From: Octopus bimaculoides
Lineage: Eukaryota
Assembly: GCF_001194135.2 (NCBI RefSeq)
Contig: NC_068982.1
Span: 98,463,469-98,527,468, forward strand
Length of the DNA: 64,000 nucleotides
Reading direction: 5' to 3'
The notes under the pieces are model-generated. The model was not told the origin of the DNA. It was given only the letters and a program-made list of their open reading frames with translations, and did no database searches. A program made the position numbers and the translations under genes. Positions 61,419 to 64,000 of the stretch are shown here, in pieces (within the stretch, counting starts at the first letter, position 1; each line of letters starts with the position of its first letter).

Positions 61419-62504
61419 ATATGATATATATATGCGGAAGGGGTATGAACGTCTGCATGTATTTATATATAAGCATACTCGTGCATCTACGTATTTCCAA
61501 TTCACAAGTATGAGGCGTAAGATATGGCCATACTTTAAGAAGAAAAACTAAACACACACGCACAATATGTATACATGTATGTGTCTAGGTCGGCCCATAT
61601 AAATAACTACACATATGTGTAGATATATATATATATATATATATATATATGGGTGGGGAGTATTTATTCAGACAAAGAAACACACAGATATTCAAATACC
61701 TTCATACGTATAGCTGTGTGTAAGTTTGTAAATTATCATTGTCACGCAACTTCATTTCCTATGTAAATCTGACGGTTTGTGCCAATGTAAGAAATCAATA
61801 TATAACATCTGATGCAGAAATGTATATGTATTTTGGCCACAGTAAGTTTCTTTATTAAGCTCTGCGTCTATCCAAATGAACAAGAGACAAGATTCCTTTG
61901 TATTCAAACGCAAAAAAAAAAATCTTTAGAGAATCAGATTCAGATTTTTCCAGAAAGTCTTACATATAAACTGTGTCTCGCTAATGGGTAAATGTTGAAG
62001 AATTCGCACGAGCCATTTCGCTCTTTCTCAATAAGAGTACCAACTTCCTTGAGGTTACCGAGTAGAAATTTCGTTCATCTATATACTCATGTACCAAAAG
62101 ATATTATATATGAATGGAAACTTATATTCTACATATAATAGTGTTAGGCGCTCTATCATTCAATCATTCATTTTTTCATTTTCATTGAAATTTTATGTGA
62201 CATTTATTTTTGACTTGGCAACTGATTTCCACTGCAGTATCATTTTCTCTTTCTGTTTTTGACAACAATATTTCTGTTCTTATTCCTGCATTTGATAGAG
62301 AATTTAACTAGAATGTTCTTCAAACTTTCCTTGCTTTCAAACATACGAAGCTACTTAGCTTCATGGGTAATTTTTTTTAATACTTCCACAAGGACAGTTT
62401 TGACTCCGAATGGAGTTTTATTCTACTGTAATGTCACCGTCGTCTCTTTAGAATTTTAACATTTCTGACATTTTCGGACATATAATGGGTTTCTATATCC
62501 ATAT

Positions 62505-62627
<123 letters not shown>

Positions 62628-63269
62628 ACATTTTAAATACATACATACACATATATACGTATATATATATCTTACATATTACATACATAGACATAATGCA
62701 TACATATATATACCACATATTACATATATACACATATGTACGTATATATTTATATCTTACATATTACATACGTAGACATATATATATNNNNNNNNNNNNN
62801 NNNNNNNNNNNNNNNNNNNNNNNNNNNNNNNNNNNNNNNNNNNNNNNNNNNNNNNNNNNNNNNNNNNNNNNNNNNNNNNNNNNNNNNNNNNNNNNNNNNN
62901 NNNNNNNNNNNNNNNNNNNNNNNNNNNNNNNNNNNNNNNNNNNNNNNNNNNNNNNNNNNNNNNNNNNNNNNNNNNNNNNNNNNNNNNNNNNNNNNNNNNN
63001 NNNNNNNNNNNNNNNNNNNNNNNNNNNNNNNNNNNNNNNNNNNNNNNNNNNNNNNNNNNNNNNNNNNNNNNNNNNNNNNNNNNNNNNNNNNNNNNNNNNN
63101 NNNNNNNNNNNNNNNNNNNNNNNNNNNNNNNNNNNNNNNNNNNNNNNNNNNNNNNNNNNNNNNNNNNNNNNNNNNNNNNNNNNNNNNNNNNNNNNNNTAT
63201 ATATATATATATATCCATACATCCATGCATATATATGTACACAGACACACGTATACATACATATCTAAC

Positions 63270-63279
63270 TATCTATTTA

Positions 63280-63351
<72 letters not shown>

Positions 63352-63369
63352 ATATATATATATATAGAC

Positions 63370-63440
<71 letters not shown>

Positions 63441-63460
63441 GAGAGAGATAAATAGATAGA
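63270..63460. repeat. Compound (CT)(TA)(TG)(GATA)(GA)n microsatellite
   Basis: Direct repeat. Confidence 0.95.
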
Positions 63461-64000
63461 TGTTCTGGGTGTAGAGTGGAGGTCTCCTACGGCAAACCCA
63501 ACTTTCTCAACAATAATTTAGTCCATAATATCTAGTATTACTAATAACGTGTAATTTATATAGTGATGATGAAGCTATGAATATCTCTGACTTGGCATTT
63601 AGCCTTCCTTTCAACTTTATGGGTTTAATACTCATATTAAAAATCGCAATTGTTTATTTACTTTGAACTTACATACTATGAAAGAGAATCACCAGTAGAA
63701 TATACGAAAATAATGTGACTAGTGGAGTAATAAACATATAAGATATTAAAGTTATCGTGTAAAATCTCTATCAAATTAACTATTGAAATGGTACAGATTT
63801 AATAACGCCATGGTTGCAACAACTGTTAAAAGAAATACTGTATGAAAAATGTGACTGATGAGTAAAGTTACATATGAAAGTAATATGACATGAATAAATA
63901 CAGTAATTGCTGGGTCGATTTATATGGTATAGTATATATGTGAGTGTCACATTGGTACATACAGGTATACATACAGACACACTCATGAATTTGATATATA

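Overview
Repeat-dense, AT-rich eukaryotic DNA from a draft assembly. There are 21 N-gaps (about 9.4 kb), most of them abutting (TA)n or (CA)n tracts. The tRNA-derived SINE families and extreme microsatellite load point to an octopus genome, probably Octopus (inference from recognising the repeats, not from a search). No intact host gene is visible. Nearly all long ORFs in the supplied track are artefacts of N-runs or di/trinucleotide repeats. The window holds: (i) about 20 copies or fragments of four tRNA-headed SINE types, several with clear 10-12 bp target-site duplications (TSDs); (ii) a near full-span but internally deleted RTE/BovB-type LINE with a C-terminal C2H2 zinc-finger tail; (iii) remnants of restriction-like-endonuclease (RLE; R4/Dong/NeSL-type) LINEs sitting in (TAA)n and (TACA)n microsatellites; (iv) CR1/Zenon-like, L1/Tx1-like and Penelope-like remnants; (v) two Tc1/mariner remnants, one built from two inward-facing 5' ends; (vi) several foldback elements; (vii) multi-kb mosaics of trinucleotide repeats. 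The most interesting leads are minimal hammerhead-ribozyme-like motifs in Penelope-type termini, a possible HDV-like ribozyme remnant at a LINE 5' end split by a SINE, an apparent (TACA)n-targeting RLE LINE, a very young foldback element, and one candidate 135-nt host exon on the minus strand. All family assignments come from by-eye translation and motif recognition and need database confirmation.
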